Shown: piece after piece, positions 31,465-44,633 of the stretch
Layout: each line of letters begins with the position of its first letter
Position numbering within the stretch: the first letter of the stretch is position 1
Assembly: GCF_006345805.1 (NCBI RefSeq)
Contig: NC_043009.1
Location: 27,156,001 to 27,220,000 of the forward strand
DNA: 64,000 bases
Source: Octopus sinensis
Taxonomy: Eukaryota
Direction of reading: 5' to 3'
Notes under the pieces: generated by a model
The model's database searches: none
Told to the model about the DNA's origin: nothing
Seen by the model: only the letters and a program-made list of their open reading frames with translations
Translations under genes and position numbers: made by a program

Positions 31465-34400
31465 TATTGGCCCTTTTCGTCTATGCAGACGGTCAATTTA
31501 GCTTAGAGGTCACTTAATCGAACATATTAGGGGCTCCCCTTCTTGCAGCTTCTTCATAGCTGATTCTTCCTATGATTGAAGCGCAGAATGTCACAGTACT
31601 TACATACCAAGAGGTTGGCTCGGCGCTCTGCATTTCTGTTGTTTTCCTTTCGTCAACTTGTTTTTTTTCTGTAGCTGCTCTCTAGCGAAGCAGTTCCTTC
31701 CTTCACCACAGTTCTCCATGTTGTTCTGTCTTCCCAGGAGCTGACATCCACCTCACACTTGGACAAACTAGTTTTACAAGTGTCCTTATACCTCAGTTTC
31801 GGTCTTCCTCTTGGTCTCTTGCCCTGGGCCAGTTCTCCATAGAGCAGGTGCTTCGGGATTCAATGGTCATCCATTCTCCTGACATGCCCCAGCCACCTCA
31901 GTCTTCTCATACACAAGACGGCTGTCATGCTTTGAAGACTCGCCTGCGCCGGCACTTCAATATTGGTGACCTTGTCGCGCCATGTTAGGCCTAAGATCTT
32001 GCAAAGGTATCTGAGATGGAAAATGCCGAGGCACCTTTCCTATCAGCTGTACAAGATCCATGTTTCAGATCCATAGAGGAGTGTGCTGAGAACACATACT
32101 TCATAAATCATGATCTTTGTCTTGATGTCTAATCTCTTGTTGTTTCATACTCGTTTTGTCAGCCTTCCAAAAGTTGTTGCTGCCTTCTCTGTCCTGACAT
32201 TAATCTCATTATCAAGTGAAGTAGTAGGGGAAATGGTAGACCCTAGATAACAGAACCTATCCACTGTCTCAAGCTCTTTGTCATCGAGCTTGATATGGCC
32301 CTTCACTGCATCCTCCTGAGTGAGGATGACTGTCTTCTTTACACTGATGACAAAGCTGAAGGCCTTGCATGCTGATGATAAGTGGTCCATCATTATTTGT
32401 AGATTTTATTCACTGTGAGCAACAAGTACCGCATCGTCGGCGAAGAGAAAGTCTCTTATTGTTGCTCTATTGATCTTAAACTTGGCCCGAAGTCTAGAAA
32501 GATCAAAGAGTGACCCATCAGTTCTCCAACAAAGGCAGACATCTCCCGGTAACTCTTGAAATGTATACTGCAGCAATACAGCAAAGTAAATGCTGAAAAG
32601 AATTGGTGCTAAGACACAACCTTGATGTTGAAGCTATCTGATATTAAACTGTCAAACGGAATGGTAGCCTTCATGTCATCATGGACCGAAACAATGAGTT
32701 GCAGTTGTATTGGGGGATAGCCACATTTTCAAAGCACCACGTACAGTCTTAATCCGCCGACTGTAACAAATGCCTTTGTCAGATCGACAAATTCTATATA
32801 GAGTGGTAATTGCTGCTCCCGGCATTTTTCTTGTAGTTGACGAATGGAGAAGATGATATTCATTGTTGAGCGGTTAGCTCTAAAACCGCACTGGCTCTCT
32901 GGTAGTACACTTTCTGCTAGCTTCTGAAGTCGTTTCATAATGATACTCGCAAAAGCTTTTCCAGTGACGCTCAGAAGTGAGATGCCTCTGTAGTTATTGC
33001 AATCTCCTTTCTCCCCTTAATTTTTATAGAGAGTGATGATCTTGGGATCTCTCATATCCTGTGGAATTTTTACTTCCAGCCAAACACGTCTTTAGTAACT
33101 TGTATAAATGTGGAAGGAGGGCATCTTTGTTCTCTTTCAACACTTCAGCAGGTATATTGTCATTTCCGGGTGCTTTTCCTCTGGCAAGTTCATCGATTGC
33201 AGTGGAGAATTCTTCTTCCGTTGGTGGTATGTCAAGGAATGGCCTCATCAAGCTGTCTATCAACATTTCGCTCCTTTGTGTACAATTGAGAGTAATGTTC
33301 CACCCATCTTTCCATTTGTTTCTTCTTGTCCGTCAGATGGTCACCTGTTGCAGACTTGAGAGTTGCCACTTTACTCACTGTTGGTCCGATAGCAACTCTA
33401 AGCTTCTCATACATTTTCCTGGTGTTACTCATGTCACCCGCCTGTTGAATTTCTAAGCATAATTTATCCCAGTACTGGTTGGCATATTTTCTAGTTTCGT
33501 TTTGAAGGTTGGATTTTGCGGTACGTAACTGTTGCTTTGTACTTTCTGTTGGCTTTCTATTGTGCTTTATGAAGATCTTGTGCTTTTTCTCAAGTAATGG
33601 CATTAGTATTGATGCATTGGCTTCGATCCAGTCCTCTTTGGAAATTCGATCCGTTCCAAAGGCCCTCGACGCAGAATCATATATTGCTGATTTCATGTTG
33701 TTCCACATGTCGTCAGGAAATGAGCTATCTAGGTTTTGGAGCTGTTCTTCAACATATTCTTGAAATTTGGTTCTCATCGCTGGATCTTGGGTGTTTTTTG
33801 TATTGATCTTAGGTTTCTTTGGTATTTTGGCTCTTGGTGTTTTCTTTGTGACCATCTTTACCTCATGTTTCGTCTAAATGGGTGTATAAGAATTTGGTAA
33901 TTAGTTGAAGATGAATGCTCGTAAGCTCTTGATGTACAGGAAATATTGCAAGGGTGAAAATACTGAACATTGAGGCACTCCAGCTGTGGAAGGATCTTGG
34001 TTTCTTCACAGTGTTGACATCAATCTTTCTGACGATGACGAAGTCAATCTGGTGCCAATGACCTGATCTTGGATGGCACCATGAAACTTTATACCGGTCT
34101 TTGCCATTGTAGAAGGTGTCTGCAATGCACAGGTTGTTATTTGTGCAGAATTCTAAGAGTCTCTGGCCATTCTCATTGATTTTCCCCAGTGCAAACTGTC
34201 CAAGGCAGTTGGGCCACGCTTGGTGATCAGCGCCTACACTTGCATTGAAATCGCCCATGAGAAAGAGTTGGCCTGCCTTTGGGACACTCTTTATCACATC
34301 CTGAAGTTCCTCGTAAAACTGATCTTTCTTCTCATTTTCTGCTGTTAGAATCGGAACACAGGCATTAATGAGATGGACGTTTCCAGTTTTAGTCCCCACT

Positions 34401-34915
34401 TCCATGATAGTGATGCGCTCAGAAATGCCTCGAGGAGCATTGATCTTGTTCAGCAATCTGTTGTGTACTGCGAATCCCACACCATGGATTCTCCCCTCAT
34501 CTTCCCCAAGGCTCTTCCAGAAGAGTCATCTAGTCTTGTCTCTTGCAGAGCAGTGATGTCTACATTCAGACGTGTGAGCTCCCTGCCAATGATTGCCGTT
34601 TTCCTGATGCCCTCTGTTTTATCCAGGTCGGTAATGTCCATTCCAGTTGCCATTTGTTCTGACATTCCAGGTCCCAGTTTCAATAGGGTCAATTTCAGTT
34701 TTCTTCGTCTTTTGCCAGGTGCTGGGCTTTACGTCTGCTTTTCAGTTTTTGTCCAAGCTCCATAGACGTGGTGGATCATCACCCTACGGACTGGGGACTG
34801 CCCAGTTTAAGACGGGCGGCAGCTGATCAGAGCGATTGAAAAAGCACTCCCATCTCGAAGACGTGGCGACATCTCGCTTCACCAAATAAGAATGCCTTAT
34901 AAGCCGTAAACTTCC
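31465..34915 (-). mobile_element. RTE-clade LINE, near full length, decayed
   Basis: APE endonuclease (LQETR, MGDFNA, HWHQIDFV) and RT (GKAPGND, NYRGISLL, ESQCGFR, FVDLTKAF, FLFADD, FCYLGS); several frameshifts and stops. Confidence 0.92.
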
Positions 34916-34944
34916 ACTTCCGTATATTTTAATGAAACAGACAC

Positions 34945-35033
34945 TTCCCTGATGATGGGAGTGTCTGTTTCATTAAAATATGAAATTTATGTCATATTAT
35001 CTGACATATCTCCGAAACGGCCCGTCGATGGAA
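34945..35033 (+). ncRNA. Hammerhead-like motif beside the RTE 5' end
   Basis: CUGAUGA at 34949, stem GGAG-UGUC...GACA..CUCC, GAAAC GGCCC GUC at 35014-35026; imperfect geometry. Confidence 0.45.
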
Positions 35034-35529
35034 CATTATCTTCGTATATTAGTATGTCCTTTTAATGTTTTATAATTTCAAACTTTCCACTGGACTCTGT
35101 ATTGTAACTTGTGAATTTTTAATCCCTTGAATCTTATCGTGTGAATAATTCACACGATAATTCAAGATGTCTTATATTATATTGAAGTTTTCTATTTTGC
35201 CTGAGTATTATATATATTTATGAGTATTTTTAAATATTTTTAAATACCTACGAGTTTTTATCTTATAATCATATCGACGTTTTTTTATATCTATTTATGT
35301 ATCTTTTTATGTGTTTATATATTTTAAAAATATTTTTAAATATTTGCGCGTTTTTAAATATTAAATATTTATATGTTTATATACATGTATGTTTTTAATA
35401 CTATATTATCTCGAACTTTATATTGATTTATTAATGTCGAAGAAAGTACATATATATATTGAATATTCTATGGGATAATAGGTCATGTTCCTCTAATTTT
35501 CCATTGTATTGCTTCCATTCAAATTATAT

Positions 35530-35668
35530 ATAAGAAGTTTGCTTCTGAAGCAAATGATTCTGGGTTCGGTCTCACTGCACAGCACCTTGGGCACGTGTCT
35601 TGTGCCATAGCCTCAAGCCGACCAAATCTTGTGATTGAATTTGGTGGACAGAAAATGAAAGAACTTTT

Positions 35669-35727
<59 letters not shown>

Positions 35728-35860
35728 GTGTGTATGTGTGTGTGTGTTTGTTTGCGCACCTTTATGCCTGTGTTTGTCCCACCATACCGCTTGTCCCATC
35801 ACACCGCTTGTTTGTTTGTTTAGGCTCCTACCTAACTTAGCGATTCGGCAAAAGCCTTGC
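35530..35860 (+). mobile_element. SINE family 1, diverged copy
   Basis: GGGTTCGGTCTCACTGCACAGCACCTTGGGCA..., internal (TG)n. Confidence 0.75.
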
Positions 35861-37804
35861 TAATGGTGTGGAACACCAGCGTCGAGTTATGAACTATAAT
35901 CTATAATCTATAATGTTAATCTTAGGTTAACACTATAGATTTATAAACCGTGAGCCATCAGCTTGCAGAGGTTAATTCTCCTGAGAATTTTTCGATAGAA
36001 CTTAGGTAGATTACAGAAACCTTCAAATTTTCTTTAAAGTTAGTCTAGAAGATCGTTACTTAGTTCCAAAGAAATATGGCTTTCAAAACTGATTTTAGTT
36101 TTTATTGTTATCGCAAAATCATAAATGCATTTATTTATATCATCCTAATAAACATTAATGCTATACATTCTTATGATTTCCCTGCAGAAGTTATTAAACG
36201 ACTCAGAGATTTCAATTTGGAATAAACTCAGATTTGAATTAAAAATCCGGGGCTACGTTAGTCAATATCCCGTTCATTTATAAGACATCTGAGTGTGATA
36301 GTGAAAGAATGTGACTACTATTTCTAGCACTTTGAACGTTCGCATGGCATCAGTCATTGCAATACTACGGTGAATATTAAACTCAGTTCCATATTGTCTT
36401 GAAGGAACGCTACATCGCCAATTTCTTATTTGTCCTGAAGTCAATAGGACAAACATCGATTGACGGGTGCACTGAAGGATTTCATTTACCATATTAGATC
36501 TTTAAAAGGTGCATTGAATATAGGAGAACACTATCATTATCTCTATGCGACAGGCCATGTTCCATGTGCGGCAACATAAGTCAAGTCAATTCCGTCAGGT
36601 AACATAGCAGAAATGTTATGATTTATACGGATGGTGGGACGTGTAGATATTCCGGTTTAGTGTACGCAAACATATATTTATATGTATATGTGTCTGTATA
36701 TCAGGATTATAAACACTCATAACTTTTCATCGTGAGGACATTTATATTACAATCTTTCTCTGTATTACGGTTTAAGCAAACCTCCTCAATGCTTCATATA
36801 TTTATCTCTATTTGTTATGCATATGTCTCAATTATGAACACAAACGAAAGAAACCATACGAATAGAACAGAGTGGTGATATTCTGAAGATATGACCGGAA
36901 GTTATCCCTCTTCGATTACTATCGCAACAACAGTAGCTTTCTTCAACCGAACACACATCGTTGATTTGTTGAAATTACCCAAATATGACAACTTTAACAC
37001 GAAATAACTTCTAAAATACGAAATTTTGTCAAAAGCGTTCAGAGTAAACTGTTTTCTACGTGAGAAATTCTACTAGTATTCGAAGTTTCAAACTGTTTAG
37101 TTAGAAGAAAATTAATTAAAAATCTGTGATTGAGATGGAATAGATCCACAGTAACATCTTACTTCGTGTGTATATATTCGAATGTTTTTGCTCACATATA
37201 TATTTTGTACAATGTGGACCGGCTTGGCGGAAAACAAGCCATAACACTGGCAGATTTGTAACGTGAGAGACTCATTGTGAAAAAGGTTGAGGTCCTGGGC
37301 CAGAATCCGAAACCATCGTATATGAGTATCTGAATGATATATTCTTTAAAGGTATGCTTTTTAATGTCTTAATTCTTTATCCGTTTCCTCGCCTACTTTT
37401 TTTTGGCATTTGGTACCTTATTAGAAGAAATAAGGTACTCAGAAATCTGGATGGTTTTACATTTACAGATTTTTATTAATATGTCACATGTTTTTATAAA
37501 TCATATATTAGCGCTTGCGTCCACACTAGTAGAATCTCACATGCATGCAAACATACATACATGCATACATACACACACATACATACATACATAATACATA
37601 CATACATACATACATACATACATACATACATACATACATACATACATACATACACACATACATGCATACATACAAACAAAAATTCCTTGTTACTGATGTT
37701 GAAATTCCAATGAAGGAATCTTGGATCTTAGAAACCGTTTATTTCTCTATTGGCAAGAAATCTTGAAATAAACTGAATAATGACATACATACACCCACAT
37801 ATAT

Positions 37805-37879
<75 letters not shown>

Positions 37880-40800
37880 GGAGAGAAAACAAATTGCGTG
37901 TTGCAAAATCTATGTGATTACAAATTCCATCGCAACCGAATTTTAAACATTTATTCACAATTAACTTGTACGTTTTTACTCTTTTACTCGAGAACTGCGG
38001 TCATGTTTTGGATTAATAATCGCCAGCTAAATAGCCTCGTCATAGTATCAATAAAAAGAAATTACTGATGCAACCGGTGAGTTTATGTAGAGTCCAGCTT
38101 TAAATTTTCAGCGACAGAACTATGTAATATCTTGGATTTGATAAAATACTAATAGTAAGGGGAATTACTCTCTTAGCTTTCCTAAAACTGAGAAATTGAA
38201 AAACATTGACACGAAGTCAAATATTTTTAATAATTATGTTTGAAAAAAAAAGACACTCAGACGTTCGTTGGAATTTTTCAATGAAATATTCCTCTTTAAG
38301 GGACATTCTGACACTTTCTCCGCTTCTGATCTTTGTGCATGAATCGGCAGATTTACTCTTGCTTCAATAAAAGTATATTTCTTACGCGATTATGACAAAG
38401 AGTTATTCCCCTTTGCATTATTCTTTCCCTCGTGTTTGTACGGAGCTGTTTTACTGTTATTTGATAGGCATTTTCGATTTCATGATTTATTAGTGATAGC
38501 AGATATTTCTGGGCGCTTAATATCTAGTTTCTTCATCTTCGACTATCCTACCCATTTCTTAAGCTAAACAGTACGAGACATTTCTGTAAAGGGTTGTGTG
38601 ACATATTTTGAATTTTAAATATTGATTTGCATCAGTTATGTCGGCTTTTCAAAAACTATAAGTTTAAATTATTAGAATATACAGAAATGCTAATTCCAAC
38701 ATACATGTCTCTATTGTGAACATAATAGCCGTGGGCAGATCATTTGAAATATCAGAAAATTCTCGTACAGATTCCATCAGATTGTGTCTAAATAAAAATC
38801 TGTCACTTCGGTACAATGTGCAGATGGCAAGTCCGTTTACATCTTGCTTTAGCTGTGTTTTCCATTCCATCCTCTTCCTCAGACAATTGTGAGGGTGTAA
38901 TGACTAAAGAAGAAAAAGATGAGCTGAAGAATAAAAGAAGTTACCAACGGATGGAGCATACTGAGAATATAGAATAAGGATATTGGTCAAGTATATCTTC
39001 AGAGAAGCTGGCGATTTATTGGTTAAGATAAACAAGATACATTTCAGATGTATGGAAAGACGAAGCTGACAGAAATGCTTCTTAAAACTTGAGCGGGAAG
39101 AAGGAAAGACTTAAAACACAGGAAATTGTCGAGAAGTGAAGGTTTCTGGTGGAATAAACCTGAATTTTGATTGCTTGTTTCCATTTCTTTTGTTCGTTTA
39201 AGGATTTTGGTGGGAAAATTCGTTTCCCATCGACATAAGCAAATGTACGGGAGTAACGAGTTGATGAAAATTTTCGGGTTTAAAATCAGATTTATAGACA
39301 ATGAAATAATGTCAAGCCAAAATTTATTTAATTCACATCCAAATGAAAGAAAACTGATTATATGTAGAAGGCACAAAGCCAGTTCTAAATAATGCCGTCG
39401 GGGATGCCACAGACGAACCCTAGTAAAAATAGCACTCCTAAATTTGACGCCGCTATAAAACTAACAATTAACTACTGTACGTAGTTTTAAAGATGTAAAT
39501 TTCAGAGCTGCAACAATTTGTAGCGGCACAAGGAGTCAGCGCCATATTGGATGAGATCTTGCAGCAGCCTTTGCCATCTCCGAGACTGGAGCAAGACCTC
39601 ACCTGCATCCATTTGCCAAGCGCAAGATTACAACGAGGCTCGCGAAAGAAAACTATATAAAGAGAAAACCCTCTTCAAATCTCTCTTCTTTGGCGTCACC
39701 TCACGGCAGCGCTTGCTGAACACACCACTGGCTGGAGGCAATTTGCACCCGCATCTCTTCGCCTGCCGGAAGCCTGAACTACATAAAGAACAAAAAGATG
39801 ATGGAAGGGGACGATATTCCTCCGATATCGTAAACCTTGCTTTTCATTATTAAAAATTAACAAAACATAAATATAATTAGCTTGTTTCAGTAATTAGGAT
39901 ATATTTAATAATTTAATATAAATATGAATACATTGAGTGGCTTAAATAGTTCAAGTTTACTAGGACACCAACAATTCATATTAGTGTACAAAGAGAAGGT
40001 CAATCTGGAAAATTCTGTAGCTTCCTAAGTGTTCAAACGTTGGTGATATTTGAGGTCAGTTCAGTAATATACTATGTTAATTATTCTGTGGTTATCATTA
40101 ATTGAAAAAAGAGGGCCGTATTTATGCTTTCAAGGTTCATCGAGTTAAGTAAGATATATTCTGTTAATGAACCTCTGGAATAATTACAAAATTAAGACTA
40201 TAAGTAAAATGTGGATAATGAGGGAATTCCAGAGATGGAAGGAATTAGTTTAATGGTGCAGCGTCTAGAGATATGCATAATATATGAACAAGAGAAGGGG
40301 AAAAGATTCTAGTTTGAATTGCCTACGTACGAAATAATATTGCTTCGAGGATGAGAGACCTCTGAGAAGTAGCCGAAAGTAGAACCAGCAAATTTGTGAG
40401 CATTCAGGTGATCTTATTTGTGGTGAAGTCCACGATGTATTGTAGCAGCACTGCCCTGAATGTACCCCATTGTGGGTCTCATCTGAGATTTTTAGCGGAA
40501 GAATTGTAGCAAGGCAGCTATGAAGTGCAATGATACCTGCAGATTAAGGACACTTTCCTATGTTGTGTATAAGAGGGATCGTCAAATCTAGCCCCTGTGT
40601 GGTTTTTGTAAATTATGTTTACACCTTAGAAAGGATGGTGTTTCGACGCATAATTTCATGCCAAGTTGTGGAGTGACATCTATTTCGGATGTCTGTATCT
40701 GTGTTAGCAACGATTTCTTAGATATTCGCCCTTGCAAGTCTCAGCTGAGATGTTTTGAGGGAGCATTATGTGGGTTTTGAAGTATTTTCCTGCTCTGAAG

Positions 40801-41534
40801 ATTAAGGACAGCCTATCTGATGTATTCTCCGCTATGTTGAATATATTCAGCCGCCAGTAGAGTTCGTGAGGTCTAGACTTTGTAGCAATCCATTAACGTG
40901 ATGGTGTTAGTCAGTGTGTAGTGTAGGACATTGCTAGGGATTGCATGTTTAGCCAGAAACGTTTCGTCTAAATGTTGATAAAACTTGGGTGTATAAGAGT
41001 AAACCCCAACAAAAGAAAATATTTTATAAATGTACAGCAGACAGATTTCATGATGTGTCGATGTAATAATACGAGAGAAAATGAAAAATGAATTAAAAGT
41101 TGAACTAAAAGAAAATATATTGCTTTTGTTTTTTTTATATATGGCATCATCGTGTTATGAATTATATAAAACATTAATGTTCAGATGCAAGATACGATAA
41201 ATGACGAATACCGTTATAATATATAGTTTCGAAGCCCACTTTTCAGATATATTGCCATCAAGGTTCCATCAAACCATTTTTCAGAACAATGAAAGTAAAA
41301 TGTAGTTGATTCCCTTACCGCGTTGCATTGTATCACGTGAGCAAAGTCAGTATGTGGAACGTTCGAACACGAGTTACAAATTAACAATGAATCAATCGAT
41401 TTTGTCTTCAATATTTTCAATCGTAAAATATGAAGGGCGGACAAATTTTGAAACTGAAATTCTCCGATACATTTTGTTGTCGGATGCATTCTACGTTTAT
41501 TTCCATAGTGAAAGTTTCTTGTTTTACCACAATA

Positions 41535-41748
41535 TCAGCTCTTCCAGTTGTCCAAATCTTCAAATGTTTGCGGTAAATCTCTATTTTTTGTTTCTGGTAA
41601 TAACAGCAACAGTAATCCCGCTATCACTGCCAAAAGGCCGAAGATACTTAGAGGAAGCCATTTGACATAGGATGATAGTTGAAGTATGAAAGGTCCGCTT
41701 ATGCTACCGATACGGGCAAAAAACGAAGCAAAACCTAATCCGTTGGCT
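41535..41748 (-). CDS. SLC22 copy B exon 9
   Basis: ANGLGFASFFARIGSI...WKS then TGA. Confidence 0.93.
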
Positions 41749-42531
41749 CTGAAAAAAAAAACATAAAACAGAATAATTAACATTATTATAGAGGTATTTT
41801 TAGTAGGACTCGATTATCTTTCATATATTTTAATAATTCAGTCATACACAGAGATATAAAATAGATACAAGGAATAATGCTAAGGCTGTTGGACATAATT
41901 ATGTGCGACAACGTTGATGAGAAATCCATCAATGCAAATAGCTTGACACTGGAAAATTATTAAACGTTAATTATTCACACATGTATTCTATTCGTACTTG
42001 GTACCTTTCTTGTTGTTTTAAGCCATTAGAATGACCAATAAAGAAGCATACGCACCCATACACACATATAGACATATATAAATACATATACATTAACAGG
42101 TATACTTATCCATTCTCACGTATACACACAATATTAACAAACTAATATATGCGTTTATTAGATATATATACATAAGTACGTATACAAATAAATAAACATA
42201 CACAAACATCTTCATACACACATACATATGTATAATGGCTTAAAATAACAAAAAGGTAGAAAATGCTGGTAAAACATGTGAGTCATGAATTCAGTTATGA
42301 CAATAAACAGTAAATCTGCTTACATCAAAGAATTAAAGGATTAAGCTTTGTTATATTTGAGAAGGGTCATTTTGCCAATAAAAACACGCACAATTTTATT
42401 TGATCTTCTCTTTAGCTTTATTCTGGTATAATAGTTAGCACAACGAGCAAAAAACCTATCGGCCTTTCCTCCGTCGCCATGTCCTGAGTTCAAATTACGC
42501 ATTGTGTCTATAGTAGAAAGGATTATTATTA

Positions 42532-42614
<83 letters not shown>

Positions 42615-43718
42615 AAGGCTTATTTTTATCACGTGCTTTCACTGCACGGCTAATCGCGGCTCTGTGTGCATTGAGTATGAACTGTGATTTGTTGTGGTGC
42701 TTTCATTTTCATTGTATTGAAAGTGTTTTACGTGTGCAGTGCTTAGAGCTATTTTCTATATGTTATATATACTTGTAAGTCCTGGTGTTTTTATTATGTA
42801 TTTGTCTGAATGTTTTTTTCTATCATGCCTAATGCATCTACTATGACTGGAATTGTTTCTGTTTTTAGGCTCCACATTCGAGTTACAACTATTTCCAGAT
42901 CTTTGTAGTTTGAAAGTTTCTCTGTTTCTTTTAGAAAAACATTGTCATCGGTTGGTATTGATAAATCGATTAGAAGCATTTTTCTCTTGGTGATCTCTGA
43001 TAACTATATCCTGCCTATTGGCCTTAATTTCTTTATCTGTGTGTATTATCATATGCCAATTATTATTAATTCATTTATCAGAGTTCTTTCGTCACACATT
43101 CTGTGACCTCTTCAGTTACTGTCTGCTCCTCGTTTCTTCTTTCCTCTCTGGCCTTGTCTCCCCTATTTCATCTTGCCTTTCTGTCGGCCTTTATCTCTTT
43201 ATTTTTTTCTTATATACTGTCCTAAATAGTCGCGAATTATTTGCTCATGTTTTTATTCTCTCCCTACAAATTCCTTCTTGGAGACATTAGATTTATCGTT
43301 TAAATTGAAATGGTCCTGGTATTTTTTCTACTCTTTGTTTGACTGAAAATTACTAACAATAATATAATTCAAAGGTATATATTATGCGATATGTTAGTAT
43401 AATTCAGCAATCTCTATTTGTATGCGCCCATCCGAAAAAACGCAACTCGCAGTTGTTGTTAGAACAGCAATAATATCAATGACAGGATGCGGTATTTTAT
43501 ATGCTGCTCCAATAATATTTCTATTGGTGAAACTACGGTGAAACAGCTGTAGTGTTATGCAACGAAGTGTGTTGCTCAATCCACTTTCTGTTTCCCATAT
43601 TTTTGAATAAACTCTATGGATATCAAAGAATTGTCGATGTATATCAAGTGATATAGCAATCGAATTGAGTAACAGCGTTTGTTAACTGACACCTGACAGA
43701 AACTGAAAGAAACCCGTC

Positions 43719-43761
<43 letters not shown>

Positions 43762-44000
43762 CACATGCGGTCATGTGTGTGTCTTCGCGTATGTGTTTGA
43801 ACCTCCAACACCCCAACACCGCTTCACTACCGGTGTTGGTATATTTTTATGCCTGTCCCCATAACTTACCAGCAAAAGAGACCGATATATTAAGTACCAG
43901 GCTTTAAAAAACGTAAGCCCTGGAGTCGATTTGTTTGACTAAAATCCTTCCAGGCGATACTCTGGCTTGGTTGCAGTCAAATAACTGAAAGAGTAAAGGA

Positions 44001-44071
<71 letters not shown>

Positions 44072-44541
44072 ATATATGTATTTGTATACCATTTCTCCGT
44101 TTATTTTTCGTCCTTGTTCTCGTATACATTCGCTGCTTTCTTCCAAGGGATCTAGTGCTCTTAGCTAAGGTTTTTCCTTGGGGCTGGCCAGATTGGAGCA
44201 ATCTCGAGTATAATCAGCCGAAATTGCAAAGATAATCTGGAAATCGACTGACGAAAAAACTCCAGATGACCCGTCCTTGTTTTTTTCTTATTCCTTTGTT
44301 GTATTATCTGTCTGGATGTTTTGCGTTCTTGTCCCATTTTTGTATTCTTTCTCATATAGATATAGTGGCGTACGTACATTTTGGTCTCATATGAAACGGA
44401 TATAATGCACTGATACATGGACATCTTTGTTACTTATTTGCATTATGTACGTCTAACTTCGAGCTGTGCAGACAATACTGGACTGATTGGTGCCTTAATT
44501 TAAGTTCCTACTTCAACTGAATCTCAATTATTTATTTTACA

Positions 44542-44633
<92 letters not shown>

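Noticed and set aside
34765-34915. Possible HDV-like ribozyme in the RTE 5' UTR
   Set aside because: Known for some RTE elements, but I could not build the nested double pseudoknot from this sequence.
38660-40960. Possible highly decayed LINE-like sequence and short ORFs in the spacer
   Set aside because: No unambiguous motif readable by eye; a translated search against TE proteins is needed.
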